From assembly GCF_006345805.1 (NCBI RefSeq), contig NC_042997.1, positions 36,642,001 through 36,706,000 on the forward strand: a stretch of 64,000 bases of DNA, given 5' to 3'. Below are positions 1-13,417 of this stretch, piece by piece (positions within the stretch are counted from its first letter, which is position 1; each line of letters begins with the position of its first letter). The DNA comes from Octopus sinensis. Its lineage: Eukaryota. The notes under the pieces are model-generated. The model was not told the origin of the DNA and did not search any database. It saw only the letters and a program-made list of their open reading frames with translations. The translations under genes and the position numbers were made by a program.

Positions 1-589
1 TTTAATTTTATTTTGGGTTACCTTTATACTTGTTTTATAATATTTATAATTGTTACGATATTATGATTTTCTGTGTTACATGATGTTTCTTCATTTTCAG
101 AAATCAGTTTACAAATTCCTTATTATGTTCACGCTACAACTTTCATCATTAAAAGCACTGCTTTCTCTAAAATTTTCACCCGTCCAAATTACTTTTTCAT
201 ACCGTCATACATTCGTAAGAAACTGCTCTAGTGAATTGACATTTGTCCATCAATTTTTACTTAGTTATGCTTAATTCAGCTATTTCAGAAAATGACCCTG
301 AGTATTCCGAAGTATATCATTGGCTGTATATTTAATAAAATGTATTTCTGAATAGCTCAAGAGCGGAGTATATACTCAGTTAAGTTCAATTAACTACAAA
401 TATTACCCGAATATCATTCTGCTATTACGTCTGTACCATTTTGGTCTTCATCTATAATTGTGTGTGCATTTTATTCCGACCTAACTAGGTGCCTAGCTTT
501 TAAGCATCGTGTTCAATTGAATATTTCTATATTATACACACACACACATATTTATATTCATACATACAATAATAACAATAATAACATAT

Positions 590-1142
590 TAACACATTGA
601 GTTATACTAAATATATTATAGTACAGGTAGCCATAGCAATTAAAATAACAAATGCAAAATTAATAAACAAGGATGCAATATAGCACCTAGAAATTGCTAG
701 AAACGAGAACCCAAATTTAACTCATATAACCACCGAAAAGCACTAATCGCATGAAATATTTGGGATCGCGAGTAGCAAGTCACAGCACCTTTCTTTTGCG
801 AGATACATTCCCAGAATGAAGTAGTGTGATAAAACATTCTTACGTGATTTCGAAATTTGATTCACAAGATATTGTTTCTCGTCAGAGGTTTCCACAATTA
901 CTCTGGGTTAAGAGATATTCAAAACGGTTAAAATGTATAGTAACATAAACAAGATATTGTAATAATATGTTAATATATATTAAACACATTATAATATAGG
1001 TGACCATAACAATTAAAACAAAAAAATATAAGATTAATAAATGAGGCTCCAAAATAGCACCTACAATTTCTAGAAAGGAGAGCCAAAATTTAACTCTAAC
1101 AGCCATACAAAAAGCAGTAACCTCATGAAATATTCAGGACTG
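590..1142. repeat. Diverged direct duplication of a ~180 bp unit (about 590-770 and 965-1142)
   Basis: Colinear shared words: ccatagcaattaaaa/ccataacaattaaaa, atagcacctagaaatt/atagcacctacaattt, ccaaatttaactc/ccaaaatttaactc, catgaaatattt/catgaaatattc. Confidence 0.75.
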
Positions 1143-1165
1143 GGAGCAGTAAGCCTCAACATATT

Positions 1166-1420
1166 TCTTATTTCTTTATTGCCCACAAGGGGGTAAACAC
1201 AGAAGGGACAAACAAGGATAGACAAAGGAATTAAGTCGATTATATCGACCCCAGTGCGTAACTGATACTCATTTAATCGACCCCGAAAGGATGAAAGGCA
1301 ATGTCAACCTCGGCAGAATTTGAACTCAGAATGTAACAGCAGAAGAAATACCTACTTCTTTACTACCCACAAGGGGCTAAACACAGAGGAGACAAACAAG
1401 GACAGACATACGGATTAAGA
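1166..1420 (-). mobile_element. SINE family 2 (ggcggcgagctggcagaat head type), 5'-truncated copy plus duplicated 3' tail
   Basis: Reverse complement matches the plus-strand copies at 55951 and 61252 (gtcgattatatcgaccccagtgcgtaactg; cccacaagggg repeated twice). Confidence 0.85.
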
Positions 1421-1431
1421 CATTATTCATG

Positions 1432-1690
1432 TCACTATGGACATATCACTTAATGGTTAAGAGCGTGGGCTACTAACCCCAAGATTCCGTGTTCGATTCC
1501 GGGTAGTGACGTGAAAAAAAAAAAAAATAATAATAACAATATCGAAAAATCCATTAGGAAAGAGAACGCAGGTTCGAAATTTCCCAAAGACACCTGATGA
1601 AGGCTGGAGGGTATATCAGCCGAAACGTTGTGTTAACAAAAATCAAGATGAGGACATATCCGTCAAATGTAAATAATATAAATAATGTGA
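1432..1690 (+). mobile_element. tRNA-headed SINE carrying a hammerhead ribozyme (HHR family A), copy 1
   Basis: tRNA-like head with A box tggttaagagcg, loop ctACTaa and B box gttcgattcc; A/(AAT)n linker; hammerhead motif; colinear second copy at 19425-19672. Confidence 0.8.
1589..1634 (+). ncRNA. Minimal type I hammerhead ribozyme, core intact
   Basis: gacac CTGATGA a ggctg-gagggtatat-cagcc GAAAC GTT gtgtt. Stem I gacac/gtgtt, 5 bp stem II, palindromic AACGTT in place of stem III, GUU cleavage triplet. Confidence 0.8.
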
Positions 1691-1989
1691 TCTTCTATTA
1701 GTTTCGAACTTTAGAGATACATTAAATTTGAAGATGTATATAGCATGCCATGCATCTGCAAGCAAGTTTTCATACTCAGTTGTATGTTAGCTATATATTT
1801 TAAAAACATGACACTGGTCTGTGACGAAAAATGAGAAAAAACGGGATGAAAAATCCGAAATCAAAGAAAAACGCGAAAAGGCTTGATACAAAAATTGAGG
1901 AGCGAACAAAGAATATTCGTGTAAGAAGACCATATATTCCTCTTGTTTTTATTTAGGAACCATAATTAAACTACTTTGTGCAGAATAAG

Positions 1990-3530
1990 ATTACAGGAAA
2001 GAGGCCAAAATGTGTGAGATAGCTACTCACTCTGGAGCGGGTGGTCTTTTCCAGTTCGGCAAAATGAAACTCTTCCATGTATTTGGAGTTTAAAAAATAT
2101 TTCTGCCCTGGAATTCAGTAATGCGTTGGAATTATTGAACCTAAAATAATGTATGATCTTTCAGCTACGCATTCTTGTATCTCTATGGTCCATTTATATA
2201 TGGAATAGATTTCTCTACCATTTTCTACATGATTGTATGTGGTACACAGTTCATTTTCAGGTTCCATACATGTATTTGCAACTTACGTGCCTTATTTTTT
2301 GTCTATGCGTATGAATGAACACTGATGGTTTGAATAAAGGCTTTAACAATATCATTCACCCAAAAAAATGTCATTTTCCATTTACATTATGTTGCCTTGA
2401 AGCACTGCTCTAACTTCTGCTTCTTAAACAACTGCATCACTCAAACACTTCTGATAAAGCAGGCAAGCTTCATGCTTTTGAGAGTTACAGCTAGGAATGG
2501 GCTTCTGATGTGAGTTACGATTGATAATGTCCATTATATTGGGGCGCAGCTGTTGGAAAGTGAGAATCAATTAACAATCTTCCTGTTTTTGTGGTGTATT
2601 GGCAAATAATTGTTTAGAAATGTCATTTATGACACATAGTTAGAACGCTGCCATAGTAGGGGGCTGCTTTAGCAAACATTTCATTTGAAAAAATAAATTA
2701 GATAACCTATTATGAGGTTTTTAACAACTATAGGGGATGCCAAGACAGGTTTTTTTTTTTATATATGTGTTTATAAGAGTGTGAGTTAAGCCTAAGAAAG
2801 CATCTCAAAATTAAATTTGAACAGTTTAGTAGAAAATAATTTTCAGGCTACTAAGGGTATATAAGTGCTTTTCATAGATTTATCTAGAACATATTCATAA
2901 TGCACGTAAGTTATGGCCAAACCATCTTGACAATATAAGCCAATGTAATGGGTTGGGAACTTATATCTTAAAGTGTCTAGTATACAGACGTTCAATATCA
3001 TGGATGTCTGCATTGTTATGCAATCCCATCGATACTTCAAGCATCGGATCTTTTAACCCATGCCGAGTCGTTATTGTATAGAAGGTGCTTTTTATGCGCA
3101 TTCATGTTAAGTTCAAGGTCTATGTGATCAATATTAACTTATGTTTTTGTAGATAATCGGGGGATAATCAATGTCAAACTGTAAATCTAGCTCTATGCTT
3201 ATCTTTTAGATTCCTAAACCAATTTATGACAATGCTGCAATTTGCTCCTTGTGGTCTGCTAATTTTCCTAATTCTGATATTAATATTCCTAAGTATTTAT
3301 TTAGCTACTAAACCTATTTCAGTTTCGCTGGGTTTAAAATTCTACAAGTGGCCTTATTCCTGATATTATGTCTCAGCAAGGGCTCTGCATGTGTCAAAAG
3401 ATCCGATACGGATGAATTGTTTGATGTATCCATGGGATGTTTTGAGATATCAGACATAATAAATAAATGCCTGAGACGAAAATTCAACCCAAAAATATCC
3501 AGCGGGAGAGCCAGTTGCATTTCGCAAGTT
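1990..3530 (-). mobile_element. Decayed Penelope-like retroelement (RT plus C-terminal GIY-YIG), Naiad-like
   Basis: Minus-strand frames give RILNPAK, HLLYNNDSAWVKRSD, IGLYCQDGLAI (cf. GLYRDDGLA), NEMFAKAAPYY, PSCNSQKHEAC, WNLK and NALLNSRAEIF. Many stops and frameshifts. Confidence 0.85.
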
Positions 3531-4339
3531 TTTAGCTTTTCACGCGCACATACACGCAGACACTTTGAAACGTAGGCGAGTATTCGTATAGGCGAGTAGT
3601 ATTCCTATATAGGAAACTTGAATAGAACTTCTGTGATGTAGTGCATAGACACTATCTGATTAAAAATCTGCAAGTCGTACACACATGCAAAGATACTCCG
3701 CATCCACACACACACATATCTTCCTCACGTATTTATGTATTTAAAGAACGAACTAAATAAAAATCACATCGAAACATTTCTTAAATATGACTTGTAATGT
3801 AGAAATTAAAAAGACATATGCATTTTTTTTATTGCACTTAAAGATTGGCTAAAACATTTTTTGCGTATCTCTATCCTCTTGTTTATCCTTACAAATGCTT
3901 TCGCATTTTTCCTATGCCTGTACTGCACTTGCGATTTCTGTAAAGTGCCCTTTTTCATGTTTCTTGTGATGTACTACGAACGTTGCTAAAATATTTTTTT
4001 TTCAATTCCTATTTTTGTTACTTAATTCGATTAAATTGTAAATATCGATTGAATACTACAATACACGTGAAGGAATGATAATTCAAACTAAACTATTGAT
4101 CAACAAAAGTTTTTAACTAGAGCATGAAACCAGCCTAAGTGTACAACAGAAATGCATTTCACTGTATTTTAAGTATCTGTGCAAACCTAACCATGTGAAA
4201 AGGACAAATAGGGCAAGCGACTGCATTTGAAACATCCTCATTCATTCCTGTTTAGTTAGTATTTCCTTCCGTTCTCTACTCTCTTCCTCAATATATTATC
4301 TCTTACGTTTCATTTCATAAATATACCTGAGTGAATGTG

Positions 4340-4476
4340 TGTATGTGCGTGTGTGCGTGTGTCTGTGTGTATATGCATGTCTTTGTGCATGTATATGTGC
4401 GTATCTCTGCCTATGCGCACGCATGTATGAGTATATGCGCATTCATATGTGAGTTTAGATATATATATATGTATAT

Positions 4477-4521
<45 letters not shown>

Positions 4522-4522
4522 A

Positions 4523-4592
<70 letters not shown>

Positions 4593-4603
4593 TAATATAT
4601 ATA

Positions 4604-4653
<50 letters not shown>

Positions 4654-5161
4654 ATATTAATGTATCCGGGAAGAGTCATTCCCTTTTAGTACATTATAAT
4701 TTAATACACGCAGTACTAAAAGTTCCACTTATTTTCTTTTTTTACATTTCTAAAATTTTATTTGCATCTTGCAACATTTTCAATAGTTTTTACTCAAAAC
4801 TATTGAAATGTTTGCAAGACGCAACAAATTTTTTTTTCAAATAAACAAGGAAATAAGTGGAAATATTTATCGGTGACTGTATTAAATTATGAGGAACTAA
4901 AAGAGAATGACGCTCCCTAGACACATCAATATATATATATATATATATATATATTCATACATGCATACGCATATACATATACGTGCGTGCGCATAGACAC
5001 ACGTACAAACAGACATATATAAATACACAGACACACACACGCATACGTATATATATGTGTGTATGTATGTATATACGTATATAGATGGATATATATATAT
5101 ATATGTATGCACATATATCTGTGTGTATACGTCTGTATACGCATATATGTACATATGTGTG

Positions 5162-5238
<77 letters not shown>

Positions 5239-5240
5239 CA
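4340..5240. repeat. Compound (TG)n/(TA)n microsatellite blocks (4340-4655, 4926-5240)
   Basis: Direct inspection. The YIYI ORFs here are artefacts. Confidence 0.95.
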
Positions 5241-5689
5241 TGACTAATTCATAAACACGAAATATTACTTGTAATCAGAAATTAATGTGCGTGAGTTGAA
5301 GAGTGAAAGAGGGAGAGCGATAATAAAGAAAAGAAGCATCTTAGACTAACAGTGAGGAACTCTTAGAGATGTTAAGGGAGAATATGTGTAAGTAAGAGAA
5401 ACAGAGAATGAGAAAAAGAAAGAGAAGACATAAAGAAACAGATATAGAAGAAGGAGAGTATCGGTTGAAAACTTTAGAAGTACATACGTACGGCACACGC
5501 CCCCACACACATACGTCCTTTCTTTCATCTATATATATAGATATAGATATTATATAGAGCAAAATACATTAGCATAAAATTACTTTCCAGAAAGAAGATT
5601 CGATTACAAAAAGCTGAAATATAAATTTATAGAAGTTTAAATCTAAAATCCCACCCCAAAATAATATATAGATGGCACTAACTCAATAG

Positions 5690-6330
5690 TGCTGGTCACC
5701 CATAAATTATCTAACCAGGCCCCAATTAAATTAAATGTTCCCATTGTCTAGCGTCCCACATCATTAATTACCGGCATGCTCGTGCGTCTCCAGATGATGA
5801 ACTGCAGACCGATTGCCGGACCAAGTATCCAATAAGTAACCATTCACCGAATTACCTAGCTGATGTCATTGTACATTGCAACAATTGAGGCACAGAAGAT
5901 TTGACGAAATCAACAGTAGTTAGAAAGCCGCCAATTGTTGGTAATGGACCACATCGAAGGCAATTTAATTGATCGAAGTTGATCAGGGCCCCACCAGTGC
6001 CAGGTACTTTACCTATCCTGTCTATGAGGTATCACATGAAATGTAGGTTCTTGTAGATAGGTCTACTTGAAATAACTCATACTTGCGCAACGCCAGTTCT
6101 TCGACAACAGCTGCCATCCATTTCGTTAACACTTAAAGCTAAATTCTGAAATCTGCGTTCCTTATTGTTATGAGCCTGAAATTATATATTTGATCCAACT
6201 TGTTTGAGTCTTTACTTAGCAGTACAACGGATACTCGAGTACGCTTGTGCCTCTTGTTGTAGATATTTGGAAAACACCCCTGTCATTACTGCTCCCCTCC
6301 AGGAGCACAAACTTTCCCTATGTGTCTAGA
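5690..6330 (-). mobile_element. Decayed LINE reverse transcriptase fragment, L1/Tx1-like
   Basis: Minus frames: VVLLSKDSNKLDQIYNFRLITIRNADFRI, IYKNLHFM*YLIDRIGKVPGTGGALINFDQ, AMYNDIS*VIR/VNGYLLD. Confidence 0.8.
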
Positions 6331-7559
6331 AAATGAGGGTTATTTTGAGATCCAGACCTTTGAAACAACACCGCAGTCCCGACGCCCTTATACCCGATTG
6401 GTATGGAGACAATCAAGTATCATGTCCATGAAAAATTGGCATTAATGCCTTGTCTAAAAACATACAACTCCAATATATAGTGACCTGAGGTCATTGAGTA
6501 GTCCATAAGAATTTATACTGCCTGTTATAAGCACGGCCTTGTTTAACAGAGAAAAGGAGAGTGAAGAGAATCACTTACCCTATCTTGATGGAGATGGCGA
6601 TGATTCCACCCTTTTTCTCATTGTCCTTCTTTCGTGGCCCTCCTCATGTGCACGAAAGTTTGTGTTTGTGTAGTCGGTCATTGAAAAATAAACTCTGATT
6701 ATAACAAATATGGCAAACCTCGTGTATATATTTTATTTCATATGTGATTCAGAGTAAAAGTGTTGCGACACGAAATATGGGTTTAATTGCTTTCAGCACG
6801 GTCACACGAGCGTTAAATAATTCGATCTCTTCTATTATATTACAATACTCATCAGCGTAAATGCACGTCTACATTGATGTCCAATTGCCAAAATAAGCGA
6901 CGAATTTTACATAAAAATTGCGTCTATCATCTTAATCGGAAATGTTGTGAGTCTGAATTATTGTAAGTCGACCGTGTAAAGACGTAAGGATGAAGCTTTT
7001 CACACAGATATAAATATGACTAACCGACACTGAAAATTAAACCGATTAACACCACCAAGAATGTATGAATAGCCAATGTACATGACAAAAAGAAAAAAAT
7101 AATATGCAATAATTTTGTCCAAAAATAGTATTTGAACAGCATTGCTTACAGACATACAAACAGAAATCACAATTTGATGAAAATCGCACATAATAAGAAC
7201 ATGAAATAATACAAAAACAAGAGAAATAAACGATTGGTATTATCTACCTATATAGACTGACATCTCCGCGTTAAACACTGTGAAGAAACGAGAGCAAAGT
7301 ACTTCTAGCACAAAATACAGAACTAAATTATCAAATCAATAACACTTAAACACACCACAAATCTATCTAAACCAATTACAATGAAGTCAGAGAAGCTCTT
7401 AGAAACCTAAACATTATGAAACAAGTGACTTTCATAGCTATACATAGTTCTAGACGTAAGGATGGAATTTGTAAATCGTATAACGTAGAGCATGACAAAT
7501 GAAATACTGCTGAGAGCTTGATGACGTAAACATACTTAAGCATTCGGTACTGACTTTAA

Positions 7560-10500
7560 ATACACTTTACAAATAATAGAGAATTGCAATGCATTAGAAA
7601 TGCAAATCATGCAAATAATATCAGCCACAAAATTTAAACCAAAACGAATATTTGCATTGATAAATTTAACAATTTACTTCTGCATGGATAACACAAATTA
7701 TACGGCAGGTTATTCCTTATAAGTTTGAGAGGCGACCTAAAGTTCAAATATATCAAAATTATAATCATATTGCAAGAATAACAATTAAAACATTACGAGA
7801 ATTAAATATATTCTTAAAATGAGTAAGAGAGATAATGCCTAAATTTTCAACAATTAAGGAAAGTTTTATTCAAATAAATATATGAGCAAAGAACATTTCT
7901 TAAGTTTTACTGTAACTTTTGTACATATTCCAATAATACCTGATCTTCTTCTTGAGGTACACTTGACTCACAGGCTGTTGAATAAAAAGAATTCCTTACA
8001 CAAGTAAAATCAAATAAAAGCAATGGAAAAGTTCTAAAACTGTCGTGTATATGACTAATTGGAGATAAATCCAGATACTTATAATTTAAGCTGTTTTTTT
8101 TTGCTTTGTTTATGTTTGTAGAATATACTGAAGCATTAATGAAAAAGAATAATCTCAATGGGGCAAGAAGATAGAATGTTTGAAATTACAATGAATTAAA
8201 AGAAAATAGCAATATGCTACAACAAAGTGTGCCTGTTCCACGCGAACTATAGTGACAACTTTCTGCAGGTTTGTTTCTATTTGTATCGCAGTAGAGAAAC
8301 AGTGATAAATAATATGTATTGTAGTTTTAAATGAATGCATATGAATATCAACCTAAATAACGGCCCAAATATTTGAATCAACTGAATATGCACTTATACA
8401 CCATAATTGTTTGACGTTTTCAAGAGACTCAGTAATTTATAATATAGACACAAACATGAAACTCAAAATTTAGTATATTAAAACGATTTATCCTGAAAAT
8501 CCTCATACACATGGCATTTTGGTAAAATAACCACAATATTCTTCAGGAACCAGCCTTTCTAAACCTCTATCTATATCAATAACAGAGGAAACATCCTCCA
8601 ACATATCAGACATGAATAACCCGGTGACTTCAGCCCACCATTCGAAAGTCGCAGGGAACTTTTAAAGCATTAAATTTCCTTAATGATTCCCATCAGAGTT
8701 TTATTGAATAAATATGTATTTATTTTAGTATTTATACATTTGACATTCCTATGCAGAAATTTTGCTTCAATTTTACATATTTTGAAACTAATTACCATTT
8801 TCGGAATATGATCTTAAATTAATACCCAAAAGAGTTTCTCTAATTCATACATTTATCGAATCATATTTGTCATCTGTTGTGACTGTTGGTAATGCTGCTT
8901 TTAAAAAATGCCAAACATTTGTATCAAGATCATCACAGAACATCTAATACTTTTCCTATATTCATTTGATCTCTATGTTAATTTGCCTGTGTAACCAAAG
9001 CTGAAAATATTACTCCACAACACTTTGCTAAAGAAACAATTAGATATTTGCATTCCACTCTGTTAATGACCGGATATAAATTATTTCGTATGATACAAAC
9101 ACCATCTGAGTATATCTCACTTTACAATATTTTGAAATTGAATTTCTATTCAAAAATGTTCTCTGTATTTAAGGATGTTATACCAAACTACACAAGTGGA
9201 TCGTGTTAAATGATATCGATGAAATATTTGTCAATTCTTTGTTCAAAAGATCCCCGGTATTCTTTTGTATTTATTCTCAAATATTTGATATTGTAAATTG
9301 CGCTTAGATTTTACATTATATCACTAAAATTATTGAATGAAAAACACTTTCTTTTTCGTTTTCCTAATGTGTAGCATTCCTTAACGAAGCAATGAATAAA
9401 TCCGTTTGCTTGACAGTATTCCAATTTCTTCCATTAAGTGTTAATTTAAAACGGCTAATGAATCAAAACACAATTATCAATGAATTCCATTAGTAGCGGA
9501 GTATACTCTTACGAAGATGAATATTTAACTTCATGATTCCTTTCTGATTGTGAAATATATATGATATTACACCCTACTGATTAAAAAAAATATAGTTAGA
9601 GCATATTTACATTCAAGGTCGATCTAACACTGGATTAAAAGATCCGAATAATTGCACTTTTGCTGCAATCATAGACTTTTACCTAATATTCAAACACGTT
9701 TTTACAGAACATTAAATATTATCATCATGATCAAATTAATAACATTGAATTTTCTTTACAAAAGATTCGCTTCAAGAGCCTGATGAATAATAAAATTCCC
9801 CATATCGTTAATATTAGGGAAAATATACAATAGGAAACATAAGTAATATTACACAAAATTGCTATATTTAGTAATATGGTTTATAGTTTTATTTTCCGAA
9901 ACACAAAAATAATGAAAAGAAGAATGAAAAACAGAGATGCGAAAATATTTTATTTCTCTCGGCTATTTTTATTGTGTGTGCTCGAGGCATATACAACTTC
10001 TTTTGAAGTATTCATTCAGATTAAACAGATAAAAATGTCAGAAATATTGGTAGGTACAATATATTATATTGAAATCTACTGCTATGTTTTCAAAATTCAT
10101 CTATGTCTCGGTAAACTTTAACTTTTTAAACAATTTTCAAGTATGAGGTTATTCAGATAAGCTATATTCTCTTGTACATCCAATTAAGGAAAGTGTTATG
10201 CATAAACCACTGACATCGCCCTACTAGATTGCAAATTAAAACAGCTTTCTTATTGCTTCCGTGTACAATATAAACTTGACTTCTTTAAGTATGATTTGAT
10301 TATGCACTGCCTCTAAATGTTCAAAACTTTTGTATATCTTGCTTGTTCTGATTACGAGTTAACACAAATTAATTACAAACGAAGACATTTGTTATTTTTA
10401 TATTTTAGCACTTATGAAACAAATATGAATTCAAATGGAACTTACCGGGCTTTTAAGCGTATTATTCAAGGAAATATGATAAGTGCCGTCGAAAAAATAA

Positions 10501-11410
10501 CGATATTTCTACAGAGTCTTTAAGGTAAGGTGGCGTGTTAGAACAACAGCATTTGCTTTAATTCTAATCTCATTATAATAAGGGTCTTCTGAATCAGCTT
10601 TTATAAAAATGGAGATAAAATGACGAATTTTGCAGCGATTTTAATCATAGATGCACTGAATGAAAACCGAATTGAATTTGAGCGATAGCAATCTGAATGA
10701 AGTAAGTAGTCGAGCTAATGACCTAGCTTCGATGTACTCACCCAACCAGCTAGAAGTCTCGACAATTTACCTCGGAATAACACCCCGTTACCATACACAA
10801 TGAACGACATGTTGGATAAACCAAAGTTTATTATACAAGATTTCATCATCATTCATTGTTCGACCGTGGTCGAGACAATGGAATTTACCATGCTACGCCA
10901 GACTTCACGGTCCATCATGGCATTACGGAGGTCCTGTTGCTGGATGCCTGTATCCCTGGAGATTACATCAGGGTAGGAGAGTGTGCGCCCTCTGGTATTG
11001 CGAGTAGATGACTTCCAGAGGAGAAGAGTAGAAATTAATTCTTTTTCAGCTCTACAACAATGTCCAGCAAACTGGACTCTCCTACCTTTCACAAGATTTA
11101 GTAATGAATGAATTTAAGATACGGTTATAAACACTTTCTGCATGTATTGGCTTCATAAGCGTCTGGTTTTGGTTAGACAGGATCACTTATATTTGTATGA
11201 CGCATACTCACTAAATGTGGTTCCTGACAGATGATACTGTAATAAATTTCTGAGAAGCCTGCTAAGATTCCTAAATATCAACATACGTTGTGCTCTCAGT
11301 CTGTTAGTCACTCTTACTTTAAAACATTTAATACCAAAAATAAAATTATTTGACTCAAAAATTTCCTTATGTAATAAGGAGAATAAGTAATAAACAAAAT
11401 AAGACATAAA
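7560..11410 (-). pseudogene. Possible eroded long coding region with LRR-like segments
   Basis: Chain of 40-80 codon open stretches on the minus strand (LLTSFRLLSLKFNS, FEHLEAVHNQI, YKYLDLSPISHI). One frame reads through the LINE insertion site once the LINE and one TSD are removed. Family not verified. Confidence 0.3.
10844..11090 (-). mobile_element. 5'-truncated RTE-like LINE 3' end with 9 bp TSD
   Basis: ORF tail RRVQFAGHCCRAEKE...DREVWRSMV, (TGA)n tail, TSD ACAAGATTT at 10835-10843 and 11091-11099. Confidence 0.9.
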
Positions 11411-12419
11411 GTAGCGATAAACAGTCCTGACGGGTTTTCAACCGATAAGATATATTAACTATTGAATGACAGGATTGTATTCTCTTAGTTGTGATACCCA
11501 TTTAAAATGAAAGAAATAATGTTACAGTTGTCACTCACAAAGGTTATGGCAGATTAACATCCACCATATTTTAGCTAATTCAGTTAGGTATGTATGTAGT
11601 CGTGCACAGACGTATAGAGCCTCTCGGCTTTCCTTAGCATGTCAAGAATAACATGAAGTATATCTCAGCAGGGAAGAGATGAATGCAGCGTCTCACATTT
11701 ATTTGAGAGGACTGGAGCAAAGTGTTATGAAGTGAACTATTCGCGGATACAATGCACCACCCGCACGCCCAGATATTGAATCTATACCTGTGTATTATGA
11801 CATCTACACCCTCAAAACACAGTTTACTAAAAATAATTTGAAATAATGGAAAGAGGAAGATTATGCCGAGTGGACCATAAAACAGTGCGAATATCTTAGT
11901 TTATATCTGATGGAACATTTCATGTGAGATATGCTGTTAAATAGATTTAAGCTACAAAGTCCGAATTATATCAGTGTCAAGTTTATTGATAAGAATTGCT
12001 AATTTTAAGAATACACGTAAATCTAAAAACACAGGACAACAAAAATGAATATCATGATAATAGAACTATCTATAGGAACTTTAGGACCGAGCGTAATGTA
12101 AAAAGTTTACGAAAACGGTATAGTTTTAGGAATCATTCCTTAAGATATTTATCCAAGAATAACGAAAAGATGTACATATAACACACAGACCTGCACATAT
12201 ACACACACCAATACACACAAGCAATGCACACACGCACATAGACGCACAAAGACACACACACATACACATATACACATTCACACAATGCGCTCACATCCAT
12301 ATAAGCAGAAGTAAAGTACTATCTGGGGATGTATCATTTCATCCACAAGATATTTTTTATTAAGTTTATGTAAGATCGAATAATAATTCTACTCTTCATT
12401 CTGTTACTTAGTCCGTCGG

Positions 12420-12849
12420 TAATGTTTTCGCTTGATTAGAGAAAGAGAGAGAAAGAAAAGAGGGCGAGACGAAATAAAGGGGGAGAGAAAAAGAGGGAGA
12501 GAGAAAATGGGAGGAAGAAGCGTACATGACGGAATGTAATTGTAATGCTTTCACGTAATTAGTCGAAGAGAACGAGGGGAGAAAGAAAAAGGAGAGAGAA
12601 AAAGATTATAAGTGAAGAGTGAGGCAGAAACAGGGAGAGAAAAACGATGGAGGAAAAAATGGAGAGAGAAGCGTTCATGACCTAAGGTAGAGAGAACATA
12701 AAATTTATTATGTGATTTAAAAAATTAGTTAAATGTGTACATAATATACAGATCTTAAAATATAATTTAAGCAGAGGGGTGATGATTTTTTGGCGAGTTT
12801 ACAGAAAGGCAGAGAGTGAAGAGAGAAAGGGGGAGGGCGAGGGGGAGAG

Positions 12850-12881
<32 letters not shown>

Positions 12882-12930
12882 GTGATGATGATGGAGGTGG
12901 TGGTATTGGTTGTGGTGGTGGAGGTGGCGG
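12420..12930. repeat. GA-rich low-complexity tract followed by (GAT)n/(GGT)n microsatellite
   Basis: Direct inspection. It explains the D/G-rich ORF at 12779. Confidence 0.9.
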
Positions 12931-13417
12931 TGATGACTTGATGGTTAACTGTGTATATATCTTAAATGAACTAAGTTTTTATATCATGTATTACTTAACA
13001 CATGTGTATAACTGCAATTTCATGAAATATTCACGCTTATTTAAGTGGCAGATATATGCAAAATTTAACTCGAAGTTGTACCATATGTACGGGGTGTTAT
13101 TTTTGTTTGTTTGTGGGAGAAATGAAAAAAATATGAGTGAATATTTATTTTATGTGTGCTATGTACTAAGTCTTTAAAATTGTGCATAATGTATATTAAG
13201 TGTATATATAAAGTGGATTAAATACTCATCGTATTCCAATTTCTTTAACTTTTCAATGTTTAGCAGATGAGCGACTCTTTCCATATAGACACATCACAGG
13301 CTACGCCTTCAGACTTTTTGGATAACGTTTTTAGAAATAACCCAAAAGGGTTCATTCCATGAAATATCCACTGGTACCGCCAGTTTTTATTAATGATATA
13401 ATGCCATATACAGCGTA

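Noticed and set aside
345-395. Hammerhead-like ctgaata-gctc-aa-gagc-ggag-tatata-ctc
   Set aside because: Both core segments deviate and there is no stem I.
2030-2140. Apparent minus-strand exon (ag...gtgagt)
   Set aside because: It is the C-terminus of the Naiad-like PLE ORF (NALLNSRAEIF).
2100-2250. In-frame TGA as selenocysteine in the Naiad-like element
   Set aside because: The element is full of stops and frameshifts, and no SECIS was seen.
4331-5254. ORFs rich in YI, YVCM, HT or poly-L here and at 23.6-24.3, 27.8, 45.3, 47.9, 51.4 and 58.1 kb
   Set aside because: Translations of microsatellites.
8545-8715. Plus-strand terminal exon (TSLSKPLS...NF*) with a downstream AATAAA
   Set aside because: No compatible upstream exon, and the opposite strand gives an equally long frame. 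Unresolved.
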